A stretch of DNA of 64,000 nucleotides from Polyangiales bacterium (GCA_045106895.1 JBGCFM010000024.1:77931-141930), one strand, 5' to 3'; shown: positions 19,342 through 29,820, counted from the stretch's first letter. Translations and numbers: made by a program. Notes: a model not told the origin generated them from the sequence alone.

Positions 19342-19426
19342 TCGCGAACCGGGCGAGAAACTAGGCGCCTCAAACGAGGTAAAAGCCTTCCCGCGGAAGG
19401 GGCCAGCGATCTATGCTGGCCGCCCC

Positions 19427-22400
19427 TTGGCTAACGATTCCCAGCTCCTCGCCGACATCAAGCAGATGATCCTGGAGCGCCGCTTCCAAGATGCGGTGCG
19501 GGCGTGTCGGCGTGAACTGCTCTCCCATCCGTCCAAGTACGATATTCGGCTTATGTTGGGTCATGCCTTGATGGCCTTGTCTCGCTACGACGACGTTCGC
19601 ACGGAGATGCAGGTGCTTCTGCGCTCCGCCCCTGAATACGGAGCCGCCCACCGCGTGCTAGGCGAGGCGTTCCTTCGTCTGAAACGCACGGATGAAGCCG
19701 CGCAGTCATTGCGCTCGGCGATGCATCTCGATGAGAACGACGACGAAGCGCGGGGCCTGTTGGCGGAGCTCGAAGGAACGCCGCCGCCATCCATGTCCAT
19801 CGACCGTCGCTTCACGGATGAGACGACGAAGGCGGAGGGGGAGATCGCGCGAGACCCGAGTCTCCCAACGATGTCGTCTCCGGAGTTCGACGATCCCACG
19901 ACGACCTCGAACCACCGGCTCCCCGAGTATGAGCCGAGCGTGACCCTCGACTCGGAGTTCGAGCAAGAAGTCTTCGAGCAGCTCGAAGAGCTCGAAGGTG
20001 AGGCCACGGTGATGACCTCGCCTGTGTATCAGGCGCTCAGGGGCGACGACACTCGGGGCAAGGGCGACAAGAGTAGCCCCTTCGACGACGAGACATTCGG
20101 GAGGATGGAGCCCCTCCCGGGCGATAGCACTCGGGCAAAGTCCGCGGACTTGCCCGGGGATGACGCGCGAGGGAAGCCCTCCGTGGTGCTGGCCCCAGAG
20201 CTTGCTGCGCCCGCGCTGCCCGGCGACGACACCCGAGGAAAGCCGCGGCCTCCAGCGAAGAGGCGAGCCCCGACGATGATGGGGATCGGTGGCCACCCAG
20301 GTTTGAAGCCGGCGGTGTCGGATCCAGGCTTTGAGCTCAACACCAGCGATCTGATGAGCGCTTCGGACGACCTCCTTTCGATGTCGGCGGAATTGGTTCT
20401 CGACGATCTCGAGGGTGAGCCCACGCGTGCACGCGCCTCCGAAGAACTCGAGGACGAAAAGACTCGCCAGCGCCAGCCCAAGTCGCCGCAAGCGCTCCCG
20501 TCCATTCAGGCGCCGATGGTGCCGGCTGCGGCGCCAGCCATGCCCCCGGCCCCCGCTCCTCCACGCGCGGCTCCGCCCCGTGCAGCACCGCCAGGCGCCG
20601 CTCCACCCGGGTCAGCGCCACCAAACGCTGCGCCGCTCGGGGCGCCTTCCTTCGCGCCGGACCGCTGGAAGTCCGCGGAGCTGCCCCCAGGCTTCGGGCA
20701 AAGCCAGCCCGCGTTCGCGAAGCCACCCGTCCAGGGACCTCCGACGGGCTTTCCGGGATCCCCTTCAAAACCAGGGCTGCCCTCAGCCGGCATGCCGCCG
20801 CGCGCGGGACCACCGCCTCAGTACGGCGCTGGCTCAGGCTCGAATACGCCTCTTCCAGAGCTAGAGAGCGAAGCGACGCTCGCGCGTGCTCCTGTGGACC
20901 CTTTTCCAAAGCTCGTGGCCAGCGCCACCCCAATGATCGCACCACGGACGCCGGACTTTTCGCCGCCGGCGAACGCACCGAGCGCACCGACTCCGATGCC
21001 GAGTCCGGAGGCGCCAGCACGCGAACAGAAGTCGACGAAGCGCAGCAAGCGTAAGAAGAATCGCGCCACGGAGGTGATCAAGAAGCAGGGCGCGGGTCTG
21101 CGTGAACGTTGGCCCCCCGCTGTTCTGGTCGCGCTCTTGGGCGTGCCAGTGTTGCTCGTCGCCACCATCTTCTACGCGTACCGCTCCTACACCGTGGCGG
21201 AGGCGGAACGAGAGGTCAGCATCGCGGCGCGTCGCGCGGCAAACGTCGGCACGCTCCCGTTGGTTCAGCAGGCCATCGCCCTCGACGCCGAGGCCAACTC
21301 CAACGTGCCCCTGGCGGTGGCGCGTCGTGCGTTCTTGTACTCGCTCTCGGCCATCGAGCACGGAGCCCCGGAAGAAGAGCGCGTGTTGTCGCTCGCGGAA
21401 CTGGCCCCGGGGAACACCTCCCTCGAAGCGTTGGCCCGCGCCTACATTGCTCTTGAACAGGGTGAAGTTGGCCGCGCAGAAGAACTCCTCGCACCCTTTG
21501 ATGAAAACGAGGTGTGGGGCGAGGTGGCCTTCGCACGCGCCATGGCGGCGTACCGCGTGGGAGACTCCGAACGCGCCGTGACTCTGGCGCGTGCGGCCCA
21601 AGCACTTCAGCCCTCTGCAACCCGCTACACGGCGTTTATGGTTCGAGCGCTCATCGCCGACGGTGACATCGAAGACGCCGAGCAGCTCGCCACAGGTCTC
21701 GAGGGCGCCGAAGGTCCGCTCGTGCACCTCGCTCGGGCAGAAGTGAAGATCGCGAGCGGCGACTACGACGAGGGCAGCGAGCTCGCCACCTCCGTGGTGG
21801 ACGCGGCGGACGCGAGCAGCCGGCAACGCGCGCTGGCCTACCTGTTCTTGGCGAAGGCCGCCGCCGGTCAGAACCAGGCAGAGGCCGCGGTGACAAATAT
21901 CGAAGCTGCTTTCGCCGCAGAGGACCCAAGCGATGAAGGCTTTGTCCTCGACGCCATCAAGGTCTACCTCAGCATCGGCAACAGTGAGGCCGCGACAGCG
22001 CTCCTCCCTCGCCTCGCGAGCAACGAGCTTGGGGCGGCCCGTCGAGCCACAGCGGTGACCGCGGTGCACCTCCAAGCGGAGAACTACGAGGCCGCGGAGG
22101 CTGCGTTGGCGAGCGCGCCGGATTCGCCGCGGACCGCCTTCATGCGTGGTCAGCTCGCCGAAGCGAAGGGCGATATTCCTGCGGCGAAGCGCGCGTATGA
22201 AGCCGCGGCGGCGAGCCCTGCGGAGGCGTTCCGAGCACGCATGCGGCTCGGAGCGATGGCGCTCAGCGCCGGAGAGCCGGCGGAAGCGGTGGCGGAGCTT
22301 GAGCGAGTCCGGACAAATCGCGAAGGCGACACAGAGTTCGTGCTCCTGCTCGTTCGTGCGTACCTGGCGAACGACGACAACGACGCGGCGAGCGCCGCGG

Positions 22401-23380
22401 TTCGCTCAGCACGCGCCGCCAACCCAGACGACGCGCGCATTCGCGTCGCCGAAGCGGACATTCAGATGGCCGGCGGTAACTACGAGGAAGCGCTCACCAC
22501 GCTCACGGCTCTCGTCGAGACAAGCCCGCGAGACGTCACGCTCCAGGCGACGCTCGGGGACGCTGCGCGACTCGCAGGGAACTTTGAGCGCGCCGGGACG
22601 GCCTACGACGCGGCCCTGGCTATCGACGCGCGGGACTCGCGTTCATTGAGCGGAAAGATCACGCTGGCGATGGCCAGCGGGGACACCGACGCCACGGAAG
22701 CTGCCATCAATGCGGCTGCGGCCGGCGGCATCACGGACCTCGACCTGGCGCGCGCCCAGCTGAGCCTGCTTCGCGCCGAGGGCCGCGGTGCCGTGGAGAA
22801 GTTCGACGCGCTGGTGAACAACCGAACTCGCGATGTGGAACTCCTCGTAGGTCTCGCCCAAGCTCATCTCCAGGCCGAGTCCTACGGCAGCGCCAAGTCT
22901 GTTTTCCAGCGGGCGTCACGCATCGACCCGCGGAACATCGACATCATGGTCGGTCTCTCGTTTGTCGAAACGCGACGTGGACGCCTTCGCGCTGCAGGTC
23001 AGGCGCTTCGGCGCTCGCGCCGGGCTATCTCCGGCCCTCGCGATGAGGCGCGCGTGTCCGTGGCCCGCGGCTGGATCTCGCTGGAATACGGTCGCCTCGG
23101 TGACGCCGCCGAGGCCGCTCAGGCGGCGCTTGAGAAGGACCCGCAGTCCGCCGAGGCCCACTTTCTTTTGGCGATGACGGCGGACTCACAAGGGCGGGAT
23201 TCGGCACAGCACCTTACCCAAGCTCTCGCGGGCCACGGGGTGACACCTGAAATGCTCGGTCAGATGGTCATCCACGGACCTCGTGAGGGACGCTGTGCGC
23301 TAGCGGCTCGCTACATGGCAGCGTCACCGGAGGGCGTCGATTCACGCGACGTTGAGCGTCTCGCCAGTCGCTGCCGTTGA
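19427..23380 (+). CDS. Large membrane TPR protein (N-terminal TPR, disordered acidic/Pro linker, TM, long TPR array)
   Basis: 1317 aa; TM PPAVLVALLGVPVLLVATIFYAY; Ala-rich helical repeats after it. Confidence 0.85.
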   Translation: MANDSQLLADIKQMILERRFQDAVRACRRELLSHPSKYDIRLMLGHALMALSRYDDVRTEMQVLLRSAPEYGAAHRVLGEAFLRLKRTDEAAQSLRSAMHLDENDDEARGLLAELEGTPPPSMSIDRRFTDETTKAEGEIARDPSLPTMSSPEFDDPTTTSNHRLPEYEPSVTLDSEFEQEVFEQLEELEGEATVMTSPVYQALRGDDTRGKGDKSSPFDDETFGRMEPLPGDSTRAKSADLPGDDARGKPSVVLAPELAAPALPGDDTRGKPRPPAKRRAPTMMGIGGHPGLKPAVSDPGFELNTSDLMSASDDLLSMSAELVLDDLEGEPTRARASEELEDEKTRQRQPKSPQALPSIQAPMVPAAAPAMPPAPAPPRAAPPRAAPPGAAPPGSAPPNAAPLGAPSFAPDRWKSAELPPGFGQSQPAFAKPPVQGPPTGFPGSPSKPGLPSAGMPPRAGPPPQYGAGSGSNTPLPELESEATLARAPVDPFPKLVASATPMIAPRTPDFSPPANAPSAPTPMPSPEAPAREQKSTKRSKRKKNRATEVIKKQGAGLRERWPPAVLVALLGVPVLLVATIFYAYRSYTVAEAEREVSIAARRAANVGTLPLVQQAIALDAEANSNVPLAVARRAFLYSLSAIEHGAPEEERVLSLAELAPGNTSLEALARAYIALEQGEVGRAEELLAPFDENEVWGEVAFARAMAAYRVGDSERAVTLARAAQALQPSATRYTAFMVRALIADGDIEDAEQLATGLEGAEGPLVHLARAEVKIASGDYDEGSELATSVVDAADASSRQRALAYLFLAKAAAGQNQAEAAVTNIEAAFAAEDPSDEGFVLDAIKVYLSIGNSEAATALLPRLASNELGAARRATAVTAVHLQAENYEAAEAALASAPDSPRTAFMRGQLAEAKGDIPAAKRAYEAAAASPAEAFRARMRLGAMALSAGEPAEAVAELERVRTNREGDTEFVLLLVRAYLANDDNDAASAAVRSARAANPDDARIRVAEADIQMAGGNYEEALTTLTALVETSPRDVTLQATLGDAARLAGNFERAGTAYDAALAIDARDSRSLSGKITLAMASGDTDATEAAINAAAAGGITDLDLARAQLSLLRAEGRGAVEKFDALVNNRTRDVELLVGLAQAHLQAESYGSAKSVFQRASRIDPRNIDIMVGLSFVETRRGRLRAAGQALRRSRRAISGPRDEARVSVARGWISLEYGRLGDAAEAAQAALEKDPQSAEAHFLLAMTADSQGRDSAQHLTQALAGHGVTPEMLGQMVIHGPREGRCALAARYMAASPEGVDSRDVERLASRCR

Positions 23381-23426
23381 TGAGAGCCCTTCCGTGATCG
23401 TCACCGGCTGATCTACCCTCGGGAAG

Positions 23427-24530
23427 ATGAAGCACTTCGACTACATCTACTACGGTACACGTTGTGATGCGGCCGAAGTGGAGCGCTTCATGGACCACGT
23501 CTGGATGACGAACCAGAAGGTGGAGGACGCAGGAAAAAGGCAAACGCCGCTTTGTATTTGGGGGCGTCACGGCATCGGAAAGACGGACCTCGTCGAGGCA
23601 ATGGCGAAAAAGTACGGAGCGGACTTCGTCGCCATCGCGCCAGCCCAGTTTGAAGAGATGGGCGACCTGATGGGCATGCCTGTGGTGGTTGGCGAGGGTG
23701 AATCGACGCGCATGGCGCCGCCGGATTGGGTGCCTCGTAGCGAAGGCCCGGGCGTGTTGCTCATCGATGACGTCAACCGCGCCGATGACCGAATTCTGCG
23801 TGGCCTGATGCAGCTCTTTCAGAACTACGAGCTCGCCGGCTGGTCACTCCCACGACGCTGGCAGATCGTCATGACCGCCAACCCCGACGGCGGCGACTAC
23901 TCCGTGACGCCCATGGATGACGCCATGCTGACGCGCATGCTGCACGTCACGATGCGCTTCGACGTCAAACGTTGGGCTGCATGGGCCGAGAGCGCAGGAA
24001 TCGATCCACGCGGCATCGCCTTCGTCCTGACCTACCCAGAGGTGGTCAGCGGCGAGCGAAGTACGCCGCGTACCCTCGTCCAGTTCTTCGAACGCATCGC
24101 CGGCATCAAGGATCTCCGCGCGGAGCTAGACCTCGTCACGATCCTCGGCGAGTCGTGCCTCGACAAGAGCACGGTCTCAGCGTTCATCGCTTACGTTCAA
24201 CAGAACCTTGAGGACCTCGTCGCACCCGAGGAGATCCTCAAGGGCGCGCCCCAGGTTGAGACGAAGCTGCGTCGCTTGATGTCTGACGATCCTCCTCGCG
24301 TGGACATTTTGGCGGCGATCTGCACGCGTCTCCACCATCACCTCACGACGCGAAAGAAGGCGCTCGACAAGAGCGAGCTTGAAGGGCTTCGGAGCTTTCT
24401 TGTGTCGGATTTGCTGCCGAAGGACATGCGCCTCGCGGCTCTCCAAGAGCTCACCGCGTTGCCTGCGAAGCTCGGCGTTAGTAAGCTCCTTGGCGACCCC
24501 GAACTCGCTCGTCTGCTCCTGGCGCGCTAG
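23427..24530 (+). CDS. MoxR-like/AAA_5 ATPase
   Basis: Walker A GRHGIGKT; PPDWVP; Walker B LLIDDVNRA; TANP; D.AMLTR; TPR motif. Confidence 0.9.
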   Translation: MKHFDYIYYGTRCDAAEVERFMDHVWMTNQKVEDAGKRQTPLCIWGRHGIGKTDLVEAMAKKYGADFVAIAPAQFEEMGDLMGMPVVVGEGESTRMAPPDWVPRSEGPGVLLIDDVNRADDRILRGLMQLFQNYELAGWSLPRRWQIVMTANPDGGDYSVTPMDDAMLTRMLHVTMRFDVKRWAAWAESAGIDPRGIAFVLTYPEVVSGERSTPRTLVQFFERIAGIKDLRAELDLVTILGESCLDKSTVSAFIAYVQQNLEDLVAPEEILKGAPQVETKLRRLMSDDPPRVDILAAICTRLHHHLTTRKKALDKSELEGLRSFLVSDLLPKDMRLAALQELTALPAKLGVSKLLGDPELARLLLAR

Positions 24531-24533
24531 CTC

Positions 24534-25709
24534 ATGAGCTTGGCGGATTGGCGAGGGCTCTTCGACCAGGCGTCGCGCACGCTCTTGGTGAGAGAGCCTT
24601 TCTATGGACACCTGCTCGTGGGGCTCAACAAACGCGCCGCGGACATGCAGTGCCTCGTGCGGCTCGCGCCGAGCGCGCGGCAGGTGCTCTTTGAGGTGAA
24701 CGCGCCGCGCTGGATCGAGGCGAGCAACGAGCAGCGCCTCGCGGCTCTTCGTCACGAGCTAGTCCACCTCATCTTGCGTCACCCGCTACGTGCGAAAGAG
24801 AAGCGAAACGCGCAGGTCTGGGGCATGGCGTGCGACCTCGTGGTCAATCAGCTCGTCGACACGAAGGATCTCGAGGCGCCCTTGACTGTGGAGAATGTTG
24901 AGCTCCCCGGCGGCCTCCTCGCCGACGAGTACTACGCACTTCTTTTGTCCATCGAGGAGCGCCGTTGCTGCGGCGAAAGTTGCGCAGGCGGCTCCAAGAT
25001 CAATGAGTGGTGCGAAAAGAACGGCGCCCGCTCAGGAGCTCACTCGCGCTGGCAGGACTTCGCGGATCTCCCTTCTGGAACGCTTTCCGTGCTCGACACC
25101 AACGTCGAAGACCTTCTCAAGGTGGTCGTGAAGCGCACCCGCACGCGCAGAAAGTCCTGGGGCTACTTGCCCGGCCGTCTCGTCAGCGTGCTCTCGGAGC
25201 TGGGAGCACCGGCGCAGTTGCCTTGGCGCCGTCTTTTGCGCCTCTTCATCGCCCAGAGTGGCCGCACTCAGATTCGAAGCACCTTGAGTCGTGCGTCTAA
25301 GCGCTATGGAACCGTTCCCGGAACCAAGGTGCGGCGACGTCACCTGTTGACCGTGGCCATCGACACCTCCGGGAGCATTGCCGACGCCGACCTTGAGGTC
25401 TTCTTTGCGGAGATCTACGCGATCTGGCGGCGCGGAGCGACGGTGCAGATCGTCGAGGCGGACGCGGCGGTGGCGCGGACTTACCTCTACAAAGGCGTGA
25501 CGCCGAAGGCCGTGGTGGGCCGCGGAGGCACGGACTTCAACGCTGCGATTCGCTGGTCGAATGAACATCGTGCAGACGGCCTGGTGTACTTTACGGACGG
25601 GCACGCGAGTCGCCCCCACGTGAAGAGTCGCTGCCCTTTGCTTTGGGTTGTCACGGAGGATGGTTCCACGGATGTGTTGCCGGGACGCACGGTTCAGCTG
25701 AGTCTCTAG
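24534..25709 (+). CDS. DUF2201-type metallopeptidase-like + vWA domain protein
   Basis: PFYG, HELVH (HExxH), ACDLVVNQ, LPWRRLLR, MIDAS DTSGS, GGTDF, FTDG. Confidence 0.9.
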   Translation: MSLADWRGLFDQASRTLLVREPFYGHLLVGLNKRAADMQCLVRLAPSARQVLFEVNAPRWIEASNEQRLAALRHELVHLILRHPLRAKEKRNAQVWGMACDLVVNQLVDTKDLEAPLTVENVELPGGLLADEYYALLLSIEERRCCGESCAGGSKINEWCEKNGARSGAHSRWQDFADLPSGTLSVLDTNVEDLLKVVVKRTRTRRKSWGYLPGRLVSVLSELGAPAQLPWRRLLRLFIAQSGRTQIRSTLSRASKRYGTVPGTKVRRRHLLTVAIDTSGSIADADLEVFFAEIYAIWRRGATVQIVEADAAVARTYLYKGVTPKAVVGRGGTDFNAAIRWSNEHRADGLVYFTDGHASRPHVKSRCPLLWVVTEDGSTDVLPGRTVQLSL

Positions 25710-25734
25710 GAGTTGAAGCATTGAGAGGATCACA

Positions 25735-28050
25735 ATGAACCCTTGGGAAGACACAAAGCGCGTTCGCGCGGCGAACTCTCGTGAGCTCATCGATACGCTC
25801 GACGTGACCTCGGCGGCTCACGTAGATACATGGCTTGCTTTGAAGCCCGACGAACGCGCATCGCTCTTGGCCGACCGCGGCCTCGCAGCGAAGGTCCATG
25901 AGGCCGCCGGCTACGCGCTACGCGTGCGCCAAGATGTTGCCCTTCCACTCTTCGACGACCTCCTCGAAACCGGCGTCGCGAGCTATATCAGCGATGCGCT
26001 CTGGGCTGTGACGCCGGCCCATACAAAGTTGCCTTTCGACGAAGCGCGGTGTCGCCGCTACATCGCCGCGGCGGAGGGGCACGCGCACAGCTTGGGCAAG
26101 CGTGGGTGGTGGATCGCTCGGCTTTACAAGCACCTTGGTGACGTCGACGGATGCATCGAGGCGCTGCGGAAGAGCAAAGCCCGGGGCGAGGACATGACGG
26201 AGCCGCGTGACGCGGAGCTGTTCCGTGATCTCTGGTCCAACGAGGAGTTCGCCGCGATCTTTGCCGATATGGAGCCCACTGTCTGGAATATCGGGTACGA
26301 CGAGGCGCTCCCTACCGAAGACAAAGTGCCCTTTGTTCGAAACCTTCAACTCCGGCGTCCCGGAGCTATGCCGGAGGGCGTTCGCGCCTTCGTGCACTTG
26401 GAGACCTTCACGTTTTATGGCGAGGCGACGACGCTTCCCGAGTGGCTTGTGGAGCTGACGAAGCTACACGAGCTGAAGAACGTGCCCTTCGAGATGACCA
26501 AGGTGTCCCATTCGGTTTTGAGCATGCCTTCTCTGCGGGTGTGCGAACTTTATGGGCAGCTCCCGAAGGGTTACGACAAGAACGCCATCAAGCAGCTCGT
26601 GGCGAGCTTCCACAAAGACGATGTCTCCCAAGAGAGCCGCTTGAGCTACCTCGATATCCTCGTCGGGCACGGAAAAAAGTCCAGCGACGCGCAGCTCGTG
26701 GACGCGCTTGGTTCGAGCGCCACGAAGCTCTCTCGCGTCGCGCAGACGCTCCTTGAGGCGCGTTGGAAGTCTCGTCGTTTCGCGTTGAAGAGCGGCGCCG
26801 AGATCGTCGTTGGCGGACGCATCGCCGAACGAAGCGTCATCAAGGACCGACTCGAACGTGTCGGCGTGAAGATCAAGAAGAAGGTGAGCAAAAAGACCAT
26901 CGCCGTCGTTCTTGGAGCCAAGCACGCAGGAAAATTCGCGACGGACGAGGTTCCTGTGTTTCTCGAGTCTCATCTGCACGCGGCGCTCGACGCCGTGGAC
27001 AAGCGCGCTCTGGACGACGCCCCCGCGGAGTCGGCGGAGCAGCTCTCGGAGCTACTCATGTCCACCGACGAGAGCAATGTGCGCGTCGCCCTCGAGATGA
27101 TCAAACAAGGCGGCAAGCCCGAGGGGCTCCTCGAAGAGCTCCTGCTCATCGCTCAGTATCCGGAGTTTGAACGCAAGCTTCGCAATCGTGCGAAGACTCT
27201 CTTTGAGCGCCACGCGGGCGCAGAGTCCGTCGCTGCCGTTCGCAAGAATCTCGCGCGAACGAGCTTCTTCAACAGCGGGGAAACCAAGCTTGCGAGGCGG
27301 TTGGCGGCCATCGGCAAAGGCTCCGCTGGCACCATCGACGCGATGCGCCTGGCCACACTTATGTACGAGCGCTCGGGCGATGGGCTGAAGTTCCTTCTGA
27401 AGAATACAAAAAAGCCAGCGCTTCGAAGGGCGCTCTTGGATGCACGCTGCTCGGGCAACAAGCTCGACCTCTCGAAGCGCGAGCTTCCTCGCATTCCCGA
27501 CGAGATCGCGGAGCTGAGCGGTCTTCAGGAGGTCGACCTTGAAGGCAACCACATTATTGAGCTGAACCCCGCACTCTTTGAGCTCGGCGCGGTGAAGATG
27601 CTGAATCTCTCGGAGAATCGGCTTCGTCATATCCCCGAAGGCATCGCCTCGATGCGCGAGCTGCAAACTCTCTGGCTCGGGGGCAACTGGTTCACCCACT
27701 TTCCGCACGCACTCACTCAGTTGAGTGGACTCCGGGAACTCGGCTTGTCGAGGGAATACGGGGCGCTCACGTTGGTGCCGCTCATCGAAGAGATGGCAGC
27801 TATGATGTCGCTGGAAGCGCTGCACCTGCGCAACCATGTCTTGGAAGAGCTTCCCGTGGCGATGAGGAGCCTCCCGGCGCTGAGGGTACTGGACCTTCGA
27901 GGAAGCACCCTGGCTCAGGTACCGACATGGCTCGTGGAGATGCCCGCCCTCAAAGAGCTGAACGTCGAGTACCTGAAGTCGGAAAACGGAGATGAAGCCG
28001 AGAGCATCTACGATGCCCTCGGAGCGAAGGGCGTGCAGGTGACCCGCTAG
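25735..28050 (+). CDS. Leucine-rich repeat protein with internal BRCT-like domain
   Basis: C-terminal LxxLxLxxN repeats (LDLSKREL, VDLEGNHI, LNLSENRL, LWLGGNWF); IVVGG...G.KI.KKVSKKTIAVVLG BRCT-like segment. Confidence 0.85.
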   Translation: MNPWEDTKRVRAANSRELIDTLDVTSAAHVDTWLALKPDERASLLADRGLAAKVHEAAGYALRVRQDVALPLFDDLLETGVASYISDALWAVTPAHTKLPFDEARCRRYIAAAEGHAHSLGKRGWWIARLYKHLGDVDGCIEALRKSKARGEDMTEPRDAELFRDLWSNEEFAAIFADMEPTVWNIGYDEALPTEDKVPFVRNLQLRRPGAMPEGVRAFVHLETFTFYGEATTLPEWLVELTKLHELKNVPFEMTKVSHSVLSMPSLRVCELYGQLPKGYDKNAIKQLVASFHKDDVSQESRLSYLDILVGHGKKSSDAQLVDALGSSATKLSRVAQTLLEARWKSRRFALKSGAEIVVGGRIAERSVIKDRLERVGVKIKKKVSKKTIAVVLGAKHAGKFATDEVPVFLESHLHAALDAVDKRALDDAPAESAEQLSELLMSTDESNVRVALEMIKQGGKPEGLLEELLLIAQYPEFERKLRNRAKTLFERHAGAESVAAVRKNLARTSFFNSGETKLARRLAAIGKGSAGTIDAMRLATLMYERSGDGLKFLLKNTKKPALRRALLDARCSGNKLDLSKRELPRIPDEIAELSGLQEVDLEGNHIIELNPALFELGAVKMLNLSENRLRHIPEGIASMRELQTLWLGGNWFTHFPHALTQLSGLRELGLSREYGALTLVPLIEEMAAMMSLEALHLRNHVLEELPVAMRSLPALRVLDLRGSTLAQVPTWLVEMPALKELNVEYLKSENGDEAESIYDALGAKGVQVTR

Positions 28051-28101
28051 TACGTGCGCGCGCCGATGCGATCATGCTAGGTCGCCGAGGGGGGACTGAG
28101 G

Positions 28102-28704
28102 ATGATTCGTTTCGAATGCCGCGTTTGTGAGTCCGCGCTCTGGCTCTCTGAGGTCGGCGCTTGGCTGTGCGGCGAGCCTTTCTGCAACGCGGTCTGCTCA
28201 GCGCAGATCGACGAAGCGATGCTTCGGCAGAAGACCCCAAGTGTCGAAGAGCACCGGCAGGCGCTGCCAAAGTTGATCGGCGACGCCGGCATCTATGTGC
28301 GGCAGGTTTCGGACTACGCCGCGTCGTTGATGCAGCATCAGCTATCCGCGGAACGAAATGTGAAGCTGGGTCGCGCGGCCGCGTCTCTGGCGTTTGGTGG
28401 CATCCCTCTCGTCGTAGGCACAGCGATCGCGAACAACAACATCGACGGCGAGCTCGAACGTGCTCGCCAACCACTCTGGGACCAATTCGCGCACCTAGGC
28501 ATGCTCATGAAAGACGTCGTGCGTCGCTCGATGGCTCTGCAGCAGGCGGGTTATCCGATGGCGCCGACGCTCGTCCCGGCGGTGCAGAACACAGATCGTC
28601 TGGACCCGGACGACCCGTGGAACGCGAATGATCTTCTCCAGCAGATCTTCGCCGACCTGGAACAAGCCTACCGGGTCGTTCTGCCGTGGTCCGCGGCCCC
28701 ATGA
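28102..28704 (+). CDS. Hypothetical protein with N-terminal Cys cluster
   Basis: CRVC...C.EPFC..VC; GAGG upstream; hydrophobic Gly/Ala segment. Confidence 0.65.
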   Translation: MIRFECRVCESALWLSEVGAWLCGEPFCNAVCSAQIDEAMLRQKTPSVEEHRQALPKLIGDAGIYVRQVSDYAASLMQHQLSAERNVKLGRAAASLAFGGIPLVVGTAIANNNIDGELERARQPLWDQFAHLGMLMKDVVRRSMALQQAGYPMAPTLVPAVQNTDRLDPDDPWNANDLLQQIFADLEQAYRVVLPWSAAP

Positions 28705-29168
28705 CGTCGAGAGAGACGTTTACGGCGACGGTTCCCAGCAACAGCGGGCGGGCCGAGACAAAGCTTCGTTTTACCGAGCTTGGTTCCGAGGTGTTGGAAC
28801 TGAGCTTCACCTTTGTCGGGACGAGCTGGGCGAGTGACAGTTCGGACTTCACGGAGGAGCACGGCGCGCATGGAGGACCCGTCAGGTGTTCGAAGGCGTC
28901 CGTTCTTGAGCTCGGCGCGGGGCTCGAGCGCTGGCTCGAGAGCGGTGAGCTCTTTTCCTGGGATAGTGGCGCTGAGGGCTCGCTTTTGACGCTCTCGCTG
29001 TGCCGGCCGGAAGGCCTGATCACGCGAGTCGACAAACCCGCGTTCGCCGGCACGTATCGGAACTCTGGGGGCTTCCGTTCCTCGTGGATTTACGTGGTCG
29101 ACCAAAGCTGCCTCCGAGCCGCTGCCGCGGTGATCCAAGAGGTGGCTGCTCCACGGCAGGTCCATTGA
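28701..29168 (+). CDS. Hypothetical protein
   Basis: ATGA-coupled to the upstream gene; plausible globular composition. Confidence 0.6.
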   Translation: MTSRETFTATVPSNSGRAETKLRFTELGSEVLELSFTFVGTSWASDSSDFTEEHGAHGGPVRCSKASVLELGAGLERWLESGELFSWDSGAEGSLLTLSLCRPEGLITRVDKPAFAGTYRNSGGFRSSWIYVVDQSCLRAAAAVIQEVAAPRQVH

Positions 29169-29199
29169 GAACAGCACTAGCCGCCCTCGCAGTATCTAG

Positions 29200-29820
29200 C
29201 TAGTACACGCGGGCGGCGCGCCCTCGCATGCGTCGCGCGGTGGTGACGCTGGCGATGAAGCCTGAAAGCCCGAGGAGGATCCCAGCGAGGCCTCCGCGGC
29301 GGTTGGTGTCGGGGTTAAGCACGCGTCCGCTGGCGCCCGCATCATAGTAGAAAAGACCGACCACTCCGCCCAAGAGGCTCACCACGGACATGACCCGGGC
29401 GAAAGTACGAAGCCCCCGGCGTTCGGGGACGACGACCCAGCGCTGCCTTTGCGCTTCCGGAGCGATGGGGACGTCGACGCCTTCGACGGACAAAAGCACG
29501 GGCCGGTCGATGACCAAGCGACAAGGGGTCGTGCAGAGCGAGTAGCGGTTGGCATAGCGCTCCCTGTGGAGCTGGTTTCGGTGGAGATCCACGCCTTGCT
29601 CGACATCGATGTCGGTGAGCGCGAAGACTTCATAGGCTTCGTCTTGGCTGCGGATCTCCACCGCGTTTGAGTCGGTCTCGCGGGGCGTCTCATGCCTTTC
29701 AGCGAGGGCCCGCCGCGCTGAGTTCACACCGCTCACTCGGGACGGCTGCGCCGAGGCGAGGGAACTGGCGCAGAGCACGAGGAGAACAACTGCCGATCTT
29801 GAACTGACGAGCATACGCAC
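29200..29820 (-). CDS. Hypothetical exported/membrane protein
   Basis: Signal peptide (ASSLASA-Q), CTTPC motif, two C-terminal TM helices. Confidence 0.65.
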   Translation of the reverse strand: MRMLVSSRSAVVLLVLCASSLASAQPSRVSGVNSARRALAERHETPRETDSNAVEIRSQDEAYEVFALTDIDVEQGVDLHRNQLHRERYANRYSLCTTPCRLVIDRPVLLSVEGVDVPIAPEAQRQRWVVVPERRGLRTFARVMSVVSLLGGVVGLFYYDAGASGRVLNPDTNRRGGLAGILLGLSGFIASVTTARRMRGRAARVY

